Below are positions 1 through 12,149 of a stretch of 64,000 nucleotides of DNA, in pieces. Below the pieces are notes generated by a model. It was given only the letters and a program-made list of their open reading frames with translations, did not search any database and had not been told where the DNA came from. The translations under genes were made by a program, and so were the position numbers. Where the stretch lies: NCBI GenBank assembly GCA_008632985.1, contig QPGO01000109.1, forward strand, positions 124,001 through 188,000, read 5' to 3'. Position 1 is the first letter of the stretch. Every line of letters begins with the position of its first letter. The DNA is from Psammoneis japonica (lineage: Eukaryota).

Positions 1-18
1 TGCGGACTTGCTGTCTCA

Positions 19-1133
19 ATGACAATGGTGGAATGTGTGAACATCGGAAGGCACATGGTGTTGAGAAGAAGATTGAAGTTCAGAGGGTCTGTCAATCGCT
101 GCAACACAGGCAGGCTGAATCTAACAGAAGTCGCTCGGGTTTGCAGGGTTGACCACAAATTTGCAGTCAAAGTGGAGCGAGAACTTGACTGTTGCGGCCA
201 AGTGCTTCACCCGAAAAAGATTCACCAGAAACAATTGCATGGTCCAGGCATCAACAAAATTGACAGTCTAGATGCTTTTGTCCTTCTGCTGATTCCATGT
301 CTGGACAAGCCAAGTTGCTCGCTGTCCAACTGTCAGGAGAAAATCTGCACAACCTCACAGGAGCAGTGGCTTCAAACACTGCCATCAGTGGATTCTGGAA
401 TCATGCATTTCCAATCAGCGGGAAACTTTGCAAGCCAAATCTCATTCCCTGTGACAAATTCAAGCCTGAAAACATCCTTCAAGTGTGTGAGTTCACAATG
501 GTTGTTGCCAAGGTTGATCTGTGGAGGGTCAAATGCAGAGATGAGAAGCTGCTGAAAGGTTCAGAAGTGCATTGCCGAAGGACAAGGCGAAATGTGCCAA
601 TGGGGGAAGTCCCGCCATCCTTCACATCCTCTGATTTTCGCAGCACACACCCCATCATTGGCTTTTGCGGTGTCGACACAAGGACCCACCCAGTGCATTG
701 CCGGATCCATGATGAGCTGAATGATGCAGGACAGTTTGCAATGGAGATTGAGCACGCAGTGTGTTGGGGCCTTCTCAGAGGCGGTGACATCCTTGTTCCA
801 GATGATGCAGCCTGCCATGTGCATGGTGAAAATGCAGTTCTTGAAGAATGGCTGTGGATGGAGCATGGCATCTTTGTTTTGTTTCTTCCAATGAAGACCC
901 CTGGATGGAACCCTGCAGAACTTGTGTGGCATCAACTTGTGACACAGCTCAAGCACCATCCAATCTGCAGGCTCCGCTCACACACCGAGCACTCCACCAC
1001 CTGTGCTGCCCATGACGTGTTGTCCCAAATCATGCATGACCAAGTCTTCCACATGCACAGAGCATGTGGACATGCATCTCAAGCTTGTTCCATGATAGAA
1101 TGCTCCACCATGGAATGCCCTGCAACAGACTGA
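19..1133 (+). pseudogene. Tc1/IS630-like (DDE_3-type) transposase remnant, frameshifted near 300, TpA-hypermutated
   Basis: Motifs GDILVPDDAACH (second Asp) and FLPMKTPGWNPAELVW (FLP-x-SPELNPIE-like); N-terminal HTH-like segment in another frame; no Tyr, excess Cys/His. Confidence 0.75.
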
Positions 1134-2039
1134 GATGCAATTGAAACTTCCAGGCCCTGGGCACATGACACAGAGTCATTCTGTGCCAGGAAACACTTTC
1201 GTTTTCCCACAAAAAATGTCTCTAAAAATTGACACTGCTTTGCCGTTGCGAGATTGGATCCATTCAATTCAAATTGTTGATCCAAAAAATGCTGCAGTTA
1301 GACTTTCACCCTGGCGAGAGCCACAAAATGCACAAAATGTGAGCATTGTTGGTTTTCCATCCTTTAAAACAATGTCTTGCAAGAACAGAACAGGCATGCA
1401 TTGTTCATGGTGCCAGGTGTTTGAACACGAAACTGGCTTTACATGCGGAGCACCTTTGTCGCACGAGAAAGCACAAGGGGTGGTGCAATTTTTAGTGACA
1501 GCTCTGCAACTGATGGAGTTGGGCCCAGATTGAGACACCTGAACAGTGCAATGGTGACAAGATGCAAACACAGTCACCAGCACAGACAGTCTTCATTGAT
1601 TTCAAAAGCATCAAGTGGATTCACACAGGAGTTTCAACGTCTGCAGAAATTTGCATTCAAACATCCATGCCTTTGCATCCAACAGAAACATTGTTGGAAG
1701 CAACATCCTTGTAGACTTGCATGCTTTCAGACTCATTGGACAATGAGAAGGATGGTGCAGTCAATGCCGGACGATTCTTTGGAGGACCAGGGAAGGAACA
1801 TGACCCCATGCGATTTTGAAAAGAATTCTCCTTGCCGTCAGGATGGGTGTTCTCCTTCTCCTGCATGCCATTTTCATCAGAATGCACGGGCTCTTCATCA
1901 TGTCCTCCATCATGTCCATGGGAGCTGCGATGATCATGGGAGGAGGAGCTGGGAGGTTGGTGTTGGTTGCAGTGGCAATTGTCTTTGCAGCCACTGGAAG
2001 CAGTGACATGGCACCTCTCTTCTTGATCACCCATGCTGC

Positions 2040-2400
2040 AGCAAGACTGACTTTGATGCTGGCAAGAGACACTGTCAGAGCGACTGTGCTCCCTGTCACT
2101 GGTGCGAGTGCTCTCACCGCGAGAGCAACTGCACTCCCTGTCACTGGTGCGAGTGCTCTCACCGCGGTGAGAGACACTGCAAGAACAACTGTGCTCCCTC
2201 TCACTGGAGCCATTGCTCTCACCGCGGCAAGAGACACTGTGATGGTGGCAAGAGCAAGAGCGACTGGGAGAGCAACTGCGACAGTGGCAAGAGCAAGAGT
2301 GATTGCGGCAGCAATGGGAATCACTGTGGTCACTCTCACTGTCACTGGAGCTTGGACTGTGGCAAGAGTGGCTGCAGCCTCCACTCCCATGTCCTCTTGA
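2040..2400. repeat. Degenerate tandem repeat (units of about 39-51 bp); minus frame resembles a decayed Arg/Ser-rich low-complexity coding repeat
   Basis: Recurring ctccctgtcactggtgcgagtgctctcaccgcg and gcaagagcaagag units; minus translation RGESTRTSDRE repeated among SCSC/SHS runs. Confidence 0.7.
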
Positions 2401-3748
2401 GTGACCACAGCCACTGCTGCTGTGACGTCGATTGAGGGAACAACCACGATGCCTTGTTTGTTCTTGGTGACAGGAATCATCAGACTGCCTCTGACCATGT
2501 GCCACTGGACACCCAGAGCCAAGCTTTTTGAGGAAGAAAAGAAAAGGCCAGTGAGTGGAGTCAAAGAAATCAAAAAGAAATGAAAGACATGAAAGATGCA
2601 CGTGAGTGCAGCAAAGCAATGATTTGATGCTCATGACAAACTGCCCATTTGAAGCATGCAGTGATTGCATGCATTCTTTCTTTGCACCCAAAGCATTCTT
2701 CTTCTCCTGCTTTTTCAAATCAACTTTTGTTCACTCCTTCACCCTGAATTCTTCAAACACAAAGAAGCAGACCATTCAAATGATCCCAGGAAGGTGGGCT
2801 TTTGAGAAAACAAAAAGCTCAAAGACTTGCAATCCCACTGCAAAATTGCAAAAGTGGCAGCAGCAAGAACAGCAAGTCTGGCAACACCCAAAATGGAAAG
2901 ACTGCAAAACAGAACAGCCCAGGCATGAGAGCAAAGGAAACTTGGAGGATGTTGAAGCTGCAAATCTTGTTGCAAAGTCCTTGTCACACTTGGGCAAGAG
3001 TGGTTTTTGGGATTCAGTGTGCTGTGGTGAGAAAAATGAAGAGAGTCAAAGCAAGTTGATGAAGACAAGCAGCTGGAAGCCAATGCCTGCAAAGGCCACG
3101 GGGCAAGCACCAGCAGCACCAGCAAGAAGAAGCTGAGTGGCGAGGCAGGGCACCAGAAGAAAGCAAAAAAAGTGGGTTGATCATGCAGCATGAAAGGAAG
3201 GAGCAAGATTTGAGGCAGGGCTGAGACGGGAGACTCAGAGGTTTAGAAGCCATAAAAAAGAAGCACCTTGTTGTCAAAAAACAGAAGCTGCGGACACAAT
3301 GCACTTAGATTTCAGAGAGAGCGGCAACTGAGGCAAGGGCTGCTGCTGGGCAACTGGCAAGCACCTTGAAGCAGAGCGCTTTGCCAATGTCAAATTCAGC
3401 ACAGAACAGGTTGTCGTCAAAACCCATGTTGACTCACCCCGCTCTCCAGCTCGTGTCCATTCATCATTCCTTGCAAGTTGAGAATGGATGACAAAGTGGC
3501 ATTTCCATGTTGATGGAATGTGTCGCATTCAGAGATGAACGATGCGATGATTCATTTGCACAAGAAAATGTGTCCACAGTAACGACAATGACGCATCTAG
3601 AGAGACATTGCTGGCATCGTCGATTCTACAGTAAGCAGGCCTTGGCAAAATTCCCTGACGCAGGCCGCCAGGCCGCCATTAAGAAACAAAGCGCATGAAC
3701 TCATGATTTCGTGACACAAGGCCCAATCCAACTAGAAATTACAACTGT

Positions 3749-5820
3749 TTAGATGCAACACTCGGCAGCATGCTCTTCTTGGAATCGTAGACAGTCAAAG
3801 GTTGCCATGTCTGTCAATAAATCAACGTTTGCTTTGAATTCGACCTAACGGAGGCAACGACAACATAACAATGATGAGATTCAAGCGCCACAAAACAAAG
3901 CAAAATGGCAAGCGAGTCACTCACATGAATGCATGTAGTCTCCATACTTAACAGGGAAGAATTCACCATTCGGTCGGGCTTTGGCAACATAGTGTCACCA
4001 CCACATATGCGACAAAATGGTTGTGGATTCTCAGTCTTGGGACATGCACAGTAAGCTCCCACAGACTGCCACGCGGTACAGTCTGTAGCAAAACGAGGAT
4101 CCGAATCCATCAACCCGTAGGCCATTCCGCTTATATCCTCACAAGAGACACTGGGAAGAATCTCCTTACTCATGTTTTGAGCAGGAAGCAACGAGACGTT
4201 ACCATCTTCCTGGGGACAAATCCGACAAAAGCTACCGCCCGAGGACGGACAGTTGCAGACGGTTTCTCCTTGATAACCCGCGGTCAAACAATCGCTCTTG
4301 GTGGAATCCGTCTGTGCAATGCGGTCTTGAGCAACACCACAAGTCACATTTTCTCCATCCTCTGAAACTTTTACAAGTACGTCTTGAAAGTCAATGTCCA
4401 CAAGTGAGCCATCGGGGCAGAGTGTGTCACAGAAATTCTGACACCCACAAAAGAATGCATGTTTCTGGATTTCTTCCTTGCATTGCGTCGAATTGTATGC
4501 AAAACCTGAATTCTCCAAATCACCACAGGTAACAAATTCCTCTTGAAAAGGTATTTCAAGTTCCGGCTTTGTAACGGGTGTCCCGTCAGGACAAACGGTG
4601 CAGTTGCCTCGAGAAGTGTTACCAATTGGAGGAGATGGAACAGGTGCGGTTGTTTCTTGTCGATCGTCGATTGGTGAAACGATATCAAACCGGGTCTCGC
4701 TGTTTGAACTGAATGGAAATACTCGTCTGATGCGATTTTCTGCAATGCTCGTGTCGCTTCCCATGTAAATTTCGTAAAAGCCTCCTGGGAGACCATCCCC
4801 TCCAAGATCGACAAGAGAAAAGACACAGCAACTCCCACTCACTTGAGTGGTAGATTCCACTCGAAAGCTCGGGATCAAGTTGTCTGTTCCGATTGGCAAG
4901 AAAGAATAGGTTCCCTGAGGTACATTCAGAACTGTGTCTTGTTGACAATCCCGTCGTGGGCCGCACGCCAAGGTCCATCCCGTTTCACCAGGATTTTCCA
5001 CCAACTCAATTACCAAGGACACTGTGGACAAAATGGTGGGCGCTGGAGTAGAGGTAGGAGACGCCGTTTCTTCGGGTGGAGGGTCGCTATTGCTGTCGCC
5101 ACCGCCCAACAAAACACCCAGCGTCGTTCCTACAGCACCAGCCACCACGAGGAAAGCCAAAACCAAAACAGGAGTACGTCTGAACCACGGTTTTTCTTTG
5201 ACGGCTTCGGCTTGCACAGCCAGTGGTCGATCGCCATCCTCGTCGCTGGTATGCGAGTCTGTGACCGATTCGGGATCGTCTTCGTCGGCCAAATAGGCTT
5301 GTACTGCAGGAGAAGTATCGGTTGTACTTGTTGCAGACGTCACGGCACTACTCCTCGTGGTTTCCTGATCAGCACAAGAGGCCCCAATTCCCGCTACAGA
5401 AACAGCGCCAGGCAGAGTAGATTCGACTCCCTGGACCCTGGATGACGACGTGTTGTCCACTCCTGATGTTGTTTCATGATTATATGGAGAGATTTCCTCG
5501 TTATTAGTGTCAGCGTTCAGCGAGTGTGTCGTTGCAGTAGCAGCAGTGGCGGCGTAGGGTGGCGTTGCCTCTGCATTACTATATTTATTATTTGCCTTGG
5601 CCTGGGCATCCAAATACTCCTGAGAATAAGCTGCCCGTGCTACATCGGCCATATCAGTAGTTCGGCCTTCATCACCAACATTGGACCGACGAGAGGTTAT
5701 GGAAGCCGCTGTAGTTGCTGATGCTGTCTCGCCGCGGCCTCCCTCTCGTGTCGGCGCTTGAAGAAATGTCATTTCCTCCTCACCATCGTCCTTGGGGCGC
5801 CCCGAGCGTTTACTCTCCAT
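3749..5820 (-). CDS. Single-pass membrane protein with Cys-rich extracellular repeats; exons 5820-3925 and 3844-3749
   Basis: Long ORF with normal Tyr content, TM helix VLVLAFLVVAGAVGTTLGVLL, CxxCP...TC repeats; GTGAGT donor at 3924 after TCIH, TAG acceptor, last exon VEFKAN...AECCI-stop matches the paralog. Confidence 0.85.
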
Positions 5821-6317
5821 GGTCGACAAACCCAAATCAATGATATTTTGGCTCACTTTCAACTTGAACTTCCCTCCACGCAGCGACCTGACGTCACTAT
5901 TGAAGAAATTTCCTCCGTGCAGAGATGCACTGCTTTTTCATTGCTACGTCATCAATATGTTATTAATACATTAAGGTACATATACTCTTTACTTCATATT
6001 GATGTAACAGGTATGTTCTTCAGTTCTGAATAATTATGAAGCGATATATATCAGGTAGAGCTCTACTACCGGTATGGTAGTACTGTAGAATAATACTGCC
6101 AGAAGCACTAAGCGTTTTCATGTGTATCTCTCGTGCATGCTGCAGAAACATTCCGCGCGGAACGTTCGCCGCCGTTGGCACATGATAAAACGGCCGCAGA
6201 CCTTACGAAGAAATTGCCATTTGCCATGAACAATTCCAGAGAAAGAGGCAACAAAAAGAAGGAACAAGAGGAAACACTCAAGGGCTTATTACAGACACAG
6301 TTCATTCGTCTTTTACA

Positions 6318-8761
6318 ATGAAAATCAGATACCACGACAAGGTCTGCGTTTGCAATCTCGGTGCAGAATGCAAGGGGATTGCATCCGCTTTCTACTTACT
6401 TGAAGATGCTCGTGGTGGTCATACCAAGATACCTCCGCACGTGTACAATGCCAAAACGCCTCAAGACATTTGCAGCAATCAGTGGAGGGAGCTATTGATT
6501 GAATATGTCAACTCGGAGGACTTTGGCCCCAAGACTCGGTTCGACGAAAACCATGATGCTTCTTCTGTTTACATTGCCAATCATCACTTTCACCCGCAAG
6601 TGGTGGAGGCTGCAGCCGTCAAGACAAGCCCGGGAGCGACCTTCAAGATGCCCATGACGATTCCCATGAACGAAGCGGAACGCTTGGGGTTGAAAGACAT
6701 ACATGTGATGTGTGACAAAGACGGTCAGCCGACGGATCGTGTCTTTGTGCTTCCAAACTACAACTTTGCCAACGTCAAGCAGGACATCAAGAGAACTTCT
6801 CACCTGAATGTTGTCGCCAAGAATTACCAGTTGGTGGAGCTCCAAGATTCAGAGGAAAAGAGTGCAAAAGCTGGGAGCCGTGTCCGTGCCGCTGTGCCCG
6901 GCGCCGTTATGGTTTCGGGAACTGCAGCCGCAGCTGCGGCTGCCTCGGCGACGACGGACCGTGGTACGGAGAATGGTATGCGTTATCAAGAAAAAGACGT
7001 TCTTAGACACGGTCAATTCAGTTCTTTCCACAAGACAGAAAGCACCCAAAGCATCTCCTCTTTTTCAAAGTCAAAGGACGACGGCGACAAGAAAAAGATT
7101 GACATGGAACAATTCGAGTCTTCTAGCCCTGAAGGCGACGAAGGATTGGTCCATGCAGCCATGGTGACGGACGGAGCGAGGAGCAGGGTCAAGAACAAAG
7201 ACGTAGAAAAGGGAGAGCTGGGTGAGAAGAAAGAATTGGCTACCGCTCATGCCAAAGAAGTCAAGCCATGGTATAAACGCAGAAAGGTTGTTGCGGGACT
7301 CATTCTATCGGCATGCGTCATTATTGGCGTTGCGGTAGGCGTCTCTGTGGGCCTGTCAAACAAGGATAATAGTAATCAAGAACCCTCCGCCACCATATCC
7401 ATGTCGGACATAACTCTGGTGATGCTCGTGGATTACCAGCCGGAGCAGGTAGGATGGAAACTGGAGTGCGACAACCAAGTCATCCATGATATTCCCACCG
7501 GAACGTATGGATTACTAGGATATGGGGTATCTGGCGTTGGATCAAGGCGTCGGCTTCATCGTCACGGAGGTAGGTTGATTGACACGTTTCGCGTGGAATA
7601 CACTACTCAGGTTCCATACAACAGCACTTGTGTCTTCAACATAACCGATTCCGGCGGGGACGGTTTGATTGGTGGCTTTTATGAAATCTACTACGGAAAC
7701 GACGTTGCAGACCCCAAAAGCCTCATGAAACAAGTTTCTTTTGAGGGTTACTACGATATCTCTCAGTTTCAAGCCATTTCACCAAAGGCAGAGGATGGTT
7801 CCTCCTCACCACCACAGAAATCGCTCACGTCGCCGTTTGCAAAACATGTGGATGATAAAGAGCATTGCAGCATTTGTCCTGGCGGTGAGCCCGTCCCGGA
7901 CAAGTCGGAGGAGCTCGATGGCAACCGAACGTGCGGCCAAGTGGAAGACTTGCTTGCTGACTTGTTTTCGAACTGCCCACTCAATCATGATTTAATCCAT
8001 GAATGCGGCTGTAACAATCAGTGTGACAAACTCTGTCGTGACGGTTCGACTGTCCCGCGAGACTCTGAGGACAACTTGGTCAAGGTCGAGAATGGTTATC
8101 GTGTTACGTGTAAAATGGCTCAAGATAAGGTAGAGCGGACGATTTCAAGACAGAGTGACTGTTTGAGGAGCAGCTATATTGGAGAGACGTTTTGTGGTTG
8201 TCCCAAGGAGGTGAGCTTATGAATTTGCAAACAATTCTTCGCAGGTGTTTGTGTCCTCGTTGAGCTTACGTACGCTTCTTCTCGTGTTGAATTGAAATTT
8301 GCAGAGGGAGTTTTGTCACGTTTGTCCGGACAATGAATCGCCAACGGACCTGACGCGTGAACTCGTTCCGGGGGTCACGTGTGAAGGTCTCAGTGGCATT
8401 GGCTACTCTTTGCCAAGATCAGATGAACGGTATGCGCCCATTTGCCCAGCTTGTCAGGGATTAGGAGCTTATTGCGGATGTCCCCAAGAGCAGAGTACAG
8501 AATCATACTGCCGTCTTTGTGGAGATAGTCTCCTGCCTGAGCTTGGTCGAATTGTCTTCTTCCCCTTGCTGAACATAACTACGACATGTATCCATGTAAG
8601 TTATTATGGTCAGTTGTGTTGTGTACTGAGGCAGTTTCTTGTCGTGTCTCAACTGCTTCTTTTCTTCTTGTTAGGTTGAATTCCAAGCAAACGTAAACTC
8701 TACGGAAGTTCCGGGGTGTGCCGCATTTCAAGAAGATTTTGGTGCTCACTGCTGTGCGTAG
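6318..8761 (+). CDS. Paralogous single-pass membrane protein with Cys-rich repeats; exons 6318-8210, 8305-8595, 8675-8761 (start uncertain)
   Basis: KPWYKRRK then a TM helix; shares FRVE-TTQV, D-GGDGL-GGFYEIY-G-D and GET-C-CP with the 3749-5820 gene; phase-0 GT-AG introns 8211-8304 and 8596-8674; ends VEFQAN...AHCCA-TAG. Confidence 0.85.
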
Positions 8762-9451
8762 AAATGCACGTTTCAAACCATGGGCAATTGAACGTTGATG
8801 GGGTTACTTTGTGTTTGATTATGTTTTGTTGATGTCACATTTGCAGTTTTTGTAGTTGCACCGGAAATAATTTTTTAGAGGAAATTGACACTGCATGACA
8901 TCGATTGTGGCATTGTTGTTGTGTCAACAAGATAATCGGCCACTACGTCACCAAACTGATGATGATTCATTTGTTTTATTGCTTCAAAGAACAAGGAGGG
9001 AGGGACAACAATCCTTTTGCCACTTTAAGCTGGCACCACCAGATCCGGACGGTGACGTCGTGTTCAAATTTCAGTGAAGGAATGGGGTGTGCCTCCAATC
9101 TATGGCATGTCTTCATGAGGGGGGCACTGCATTCCCTCAGAACTGTCATTGCAAATGCAAGCAAATGAGGTTCCTTGGCCAAAACAGACTCCATTGCTGT
9201 GAAGGCAAGATTGAGATCCATGCCGCAGTGGATGGCAAGCCATGAGGCTGCAGTCAAGACAAGTGCACCCACCATTGACACCAACAACAAATGCCTGTAG
9301 ATGGCCACCTGTCACCCCACAAAAACACTGCAAAGTTCACATCCACTTGGCTGCTTAAAGCAGAGAGGGGGGGGGGGGGGGGTTGGTGCATTCAGGAAAA
9401 CATTGTGGCATGAGTCTTTCTTCTGTGAGCATAGCAGAACAAACAAGGGGA

Positions 9452-9848
9452 GACGCGTTCCAGCCCTAGGTGGGAGCTCGTAGTACTGACGTGTGACACA
9501 AATAATTTTTATCATCCGTCGTATGTTTCGTACGTAGCTTTCTACGTGTGATATTAAAAAAAAAATTGTCCAGACTCGCTGTTTTGCGAAGCCCCAGACG
9601 TTTTATATAACGATTTTATAGAAACAATAATGCGCCAGTTACATTCTTCAATGTCTGAAGAATGTAACTGGCTAAGTAAAAAATGATGTACTTCAATCAT
9701 GGGCGAGTTTGTGCGTTCGCAAAATTGCCTCATTTTCTGTTGGCGATCATTGACATTTTAATTACCGTATGATTTTACTACAGAGCTCGCACGTAGAAGT
9801 CTACGGGCCCAATGTCACACGGATTCCCACCTACGTCTGGAACGCGTC
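9452..9848. mobile_element. Young MITE of the GAC-TIR family, 23-bp imperfect TIRs, 4-bp TSD GGGA
   Basis: ggga|GACGCGTTCCAGCCCTAGGTGGG ... CCCACCTACGTCTGGAACGCGTC|ggga; interior rich in TpA and CpG. Confidence 0.85.
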
Positions 9849-12149
9849 GGGAGCAACAACAACCAAGTGGAACATTCTTCTGGGGACACTGCTTTGTTTC
9901 CTGACTCTGTTGTCCTCTTTTGTTTGAAGCTGAGCATGAGTGCAGGACACTGATCCACCTTCCTTTGGCGCATCAATGCTGGTGCTTGCAAATGAGTGTT
10001 TGACTCATTGTCTTCTGGTTCCATCTGCCCAAGTGACTTGGAAAAAGCTGGTTGAAGAACAGCTCCACATTGATGGGCAGTGGCACATGCAAATGACAAC
10101 AGCCCTGCTTGCTTGGGCTCACATGTGCAAATTGCAATGGCCCTGCTCACTTGGGCCCAGGCTGGTTTGCCTGCACAAAAAATGCCAGCAAGGATGGTGT
10201 CGTCAGATCTTGTTGACAGGGAAGCTGCCCATGCTTGGCATCCAAGGTGCTGCCTGACAATGAGCAGCACCACAAAAAAACAAAGTGCCAGCTGGAAGTG
10301 GCATCTGCCAAAGACTCTGGAAATGTGGCATCAACTGAGAAACCCCACAAACAAGCCAACAATGTTGTCAAAAACAGAAGATGAGAAAAACCAAAATGGT
10401 GCCTGCGAAGTCTCTCAACAGAAATTTCACAATGGGCTGCCACACGGCAAATGCTGCATGGCCCAAAAGAGAAGCAACTAATTGTCCGGGGGATGTGATA
10501 GTCACACACAAGGAAATTTGCCTTGCTTCCACCCAGGCATGATGCTGCAAAACTTTGGAGTGCTGGGAGAAGACAACCCTGTCTGTCAAAATCCAAGAAC
10601 TTGTTCGGCGCCGCTCACGCTGCAACGCCAGTGCAAGCTCCTCACCTCCAAAAGTCAGCGGCCCCACTGCACTCCTGTTTTTTTCCTTTTGGTCAGCAGT
10701 GAACTGCACATCTGGCTGCAGTGGCTCTTCTCTTCCCCTGCCCTGCACCAAATGGAACATCGTCATTGGCGCCATTGCTGGCGGCAAACCAAGCATGCTC
10801 TGCAATCTTGTCTGTGAGCCACAAGCAACAAATCCTTTCTCTGCAGCACAAGACACCTTTGCTTGCTTGTTGCAGGTTAGCACATGCACAAGGGCAGACA
10901 AAACACACACATGAAAGCTTTGCAATGCCCAGATTTTGCTGCATCAGCCCACATGCATTCTCAGCACTTTGAGTGTGTGTCACTCCTCTGTTTTTGCCAT
11001 GGCACCACCAAAGAACAGGGAAAAAACTGCTGCCCAGGCAAAGAACAGGGTTCTCTCTGATGAGAGCTGCATGAGCTGGAGTGGGCCAAAAAAAAGATGT
11101 GAGCAAATGTTTGGGAAAGATCCGCCCCTTTTTAACTGCAACATGAGCAAAGGACAACACAGCATCCTTGCTGCTTCAACCCAGATGCTTGAGGACATTG
11201 AACATGTTTGCTCCCCCCCTTGTGTTAAAGAGTGTTGGACCAACAGGTTCACTTGCTTGCACAAAACATCAACAAATGCATGGTCAGATCTTGAAAAGGA
11301 AATTGCTGTTGCTTGGTTTTCAAGGTGAAGAGACAAAGGACAGGAGCATTGTGGAAGAGAGAAGCAAAAGAGCAACTGGAAATGGTGTCTGCTGAAAATT
11401 TTGCAAGTGTGCTTCAACAGCAGTTAAAAACCCTTGCAAACAAACCAGCAATGTTGACAACATCAGCGCTCACAAGCAGGGAGAAGGAAGGGAGGCAAAA
11501 AGAACAACTCTCAAAAAGAAAAGGTGAGAAAACACCAAAACAGCACCTGCAAAGAAGTCTCCAACAAAACACTTCACAAAGAGCCATGCCTCAAAGACAG
11601 TGGCACAGCTTGGGAGCAGAGCACCAGCCCAGAGTCATTTTTGCAACTTGTCTGAGCCTGGCTGGTGCCCAAAGCATGCTGCTGTTCTTGAAATCTCTCA
11701 GCCCCAGCAACCAAGCAACAAGGCTGCTCCTCCAGCTTTTTTGTCCCCCTTGCAGAGCCAAGCACTGCTGCATCATTGTTTTTTGGCCAGCAGCAGGAGG
11801 TTTGGGGAGCCGTGCAGGAACAACATGGGTGGATGCTCCTCCTCCGCCATGCCGCACAGCTCTTTCCACACTCTGAAATGGGAGCAAAGCAGACATTGGC
11901 CAGCAGGCTCAGGTTGCAGTGCAGCAATGTTGCCAAGTTTGGCAAGACAGTGTGCGCGCCAGACTTGCAATGCTGACAACTGGCTCTGGCAGGCACAAAC
12001 GTGTCATGCGCAGCTGTGTTGTGCCATGGAGTCTGCTCCTCCTCCTGTGTGCAAGGTGCAAGTGACTGAGGCTCTTGCTGAGTGGGCTTGTGGCAGTTGC
12101 TTCATCAGAGGTGGCAATGTGGTGGTCTCCACTTTCCTTTGTAAAATGT

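Noticed and set aside
9366..9382. Poly-G/poly-C tracts (also ~41837 and ~60306) as G-quadruplex elements
   Set aside because: Simple homopolymers with no further support.
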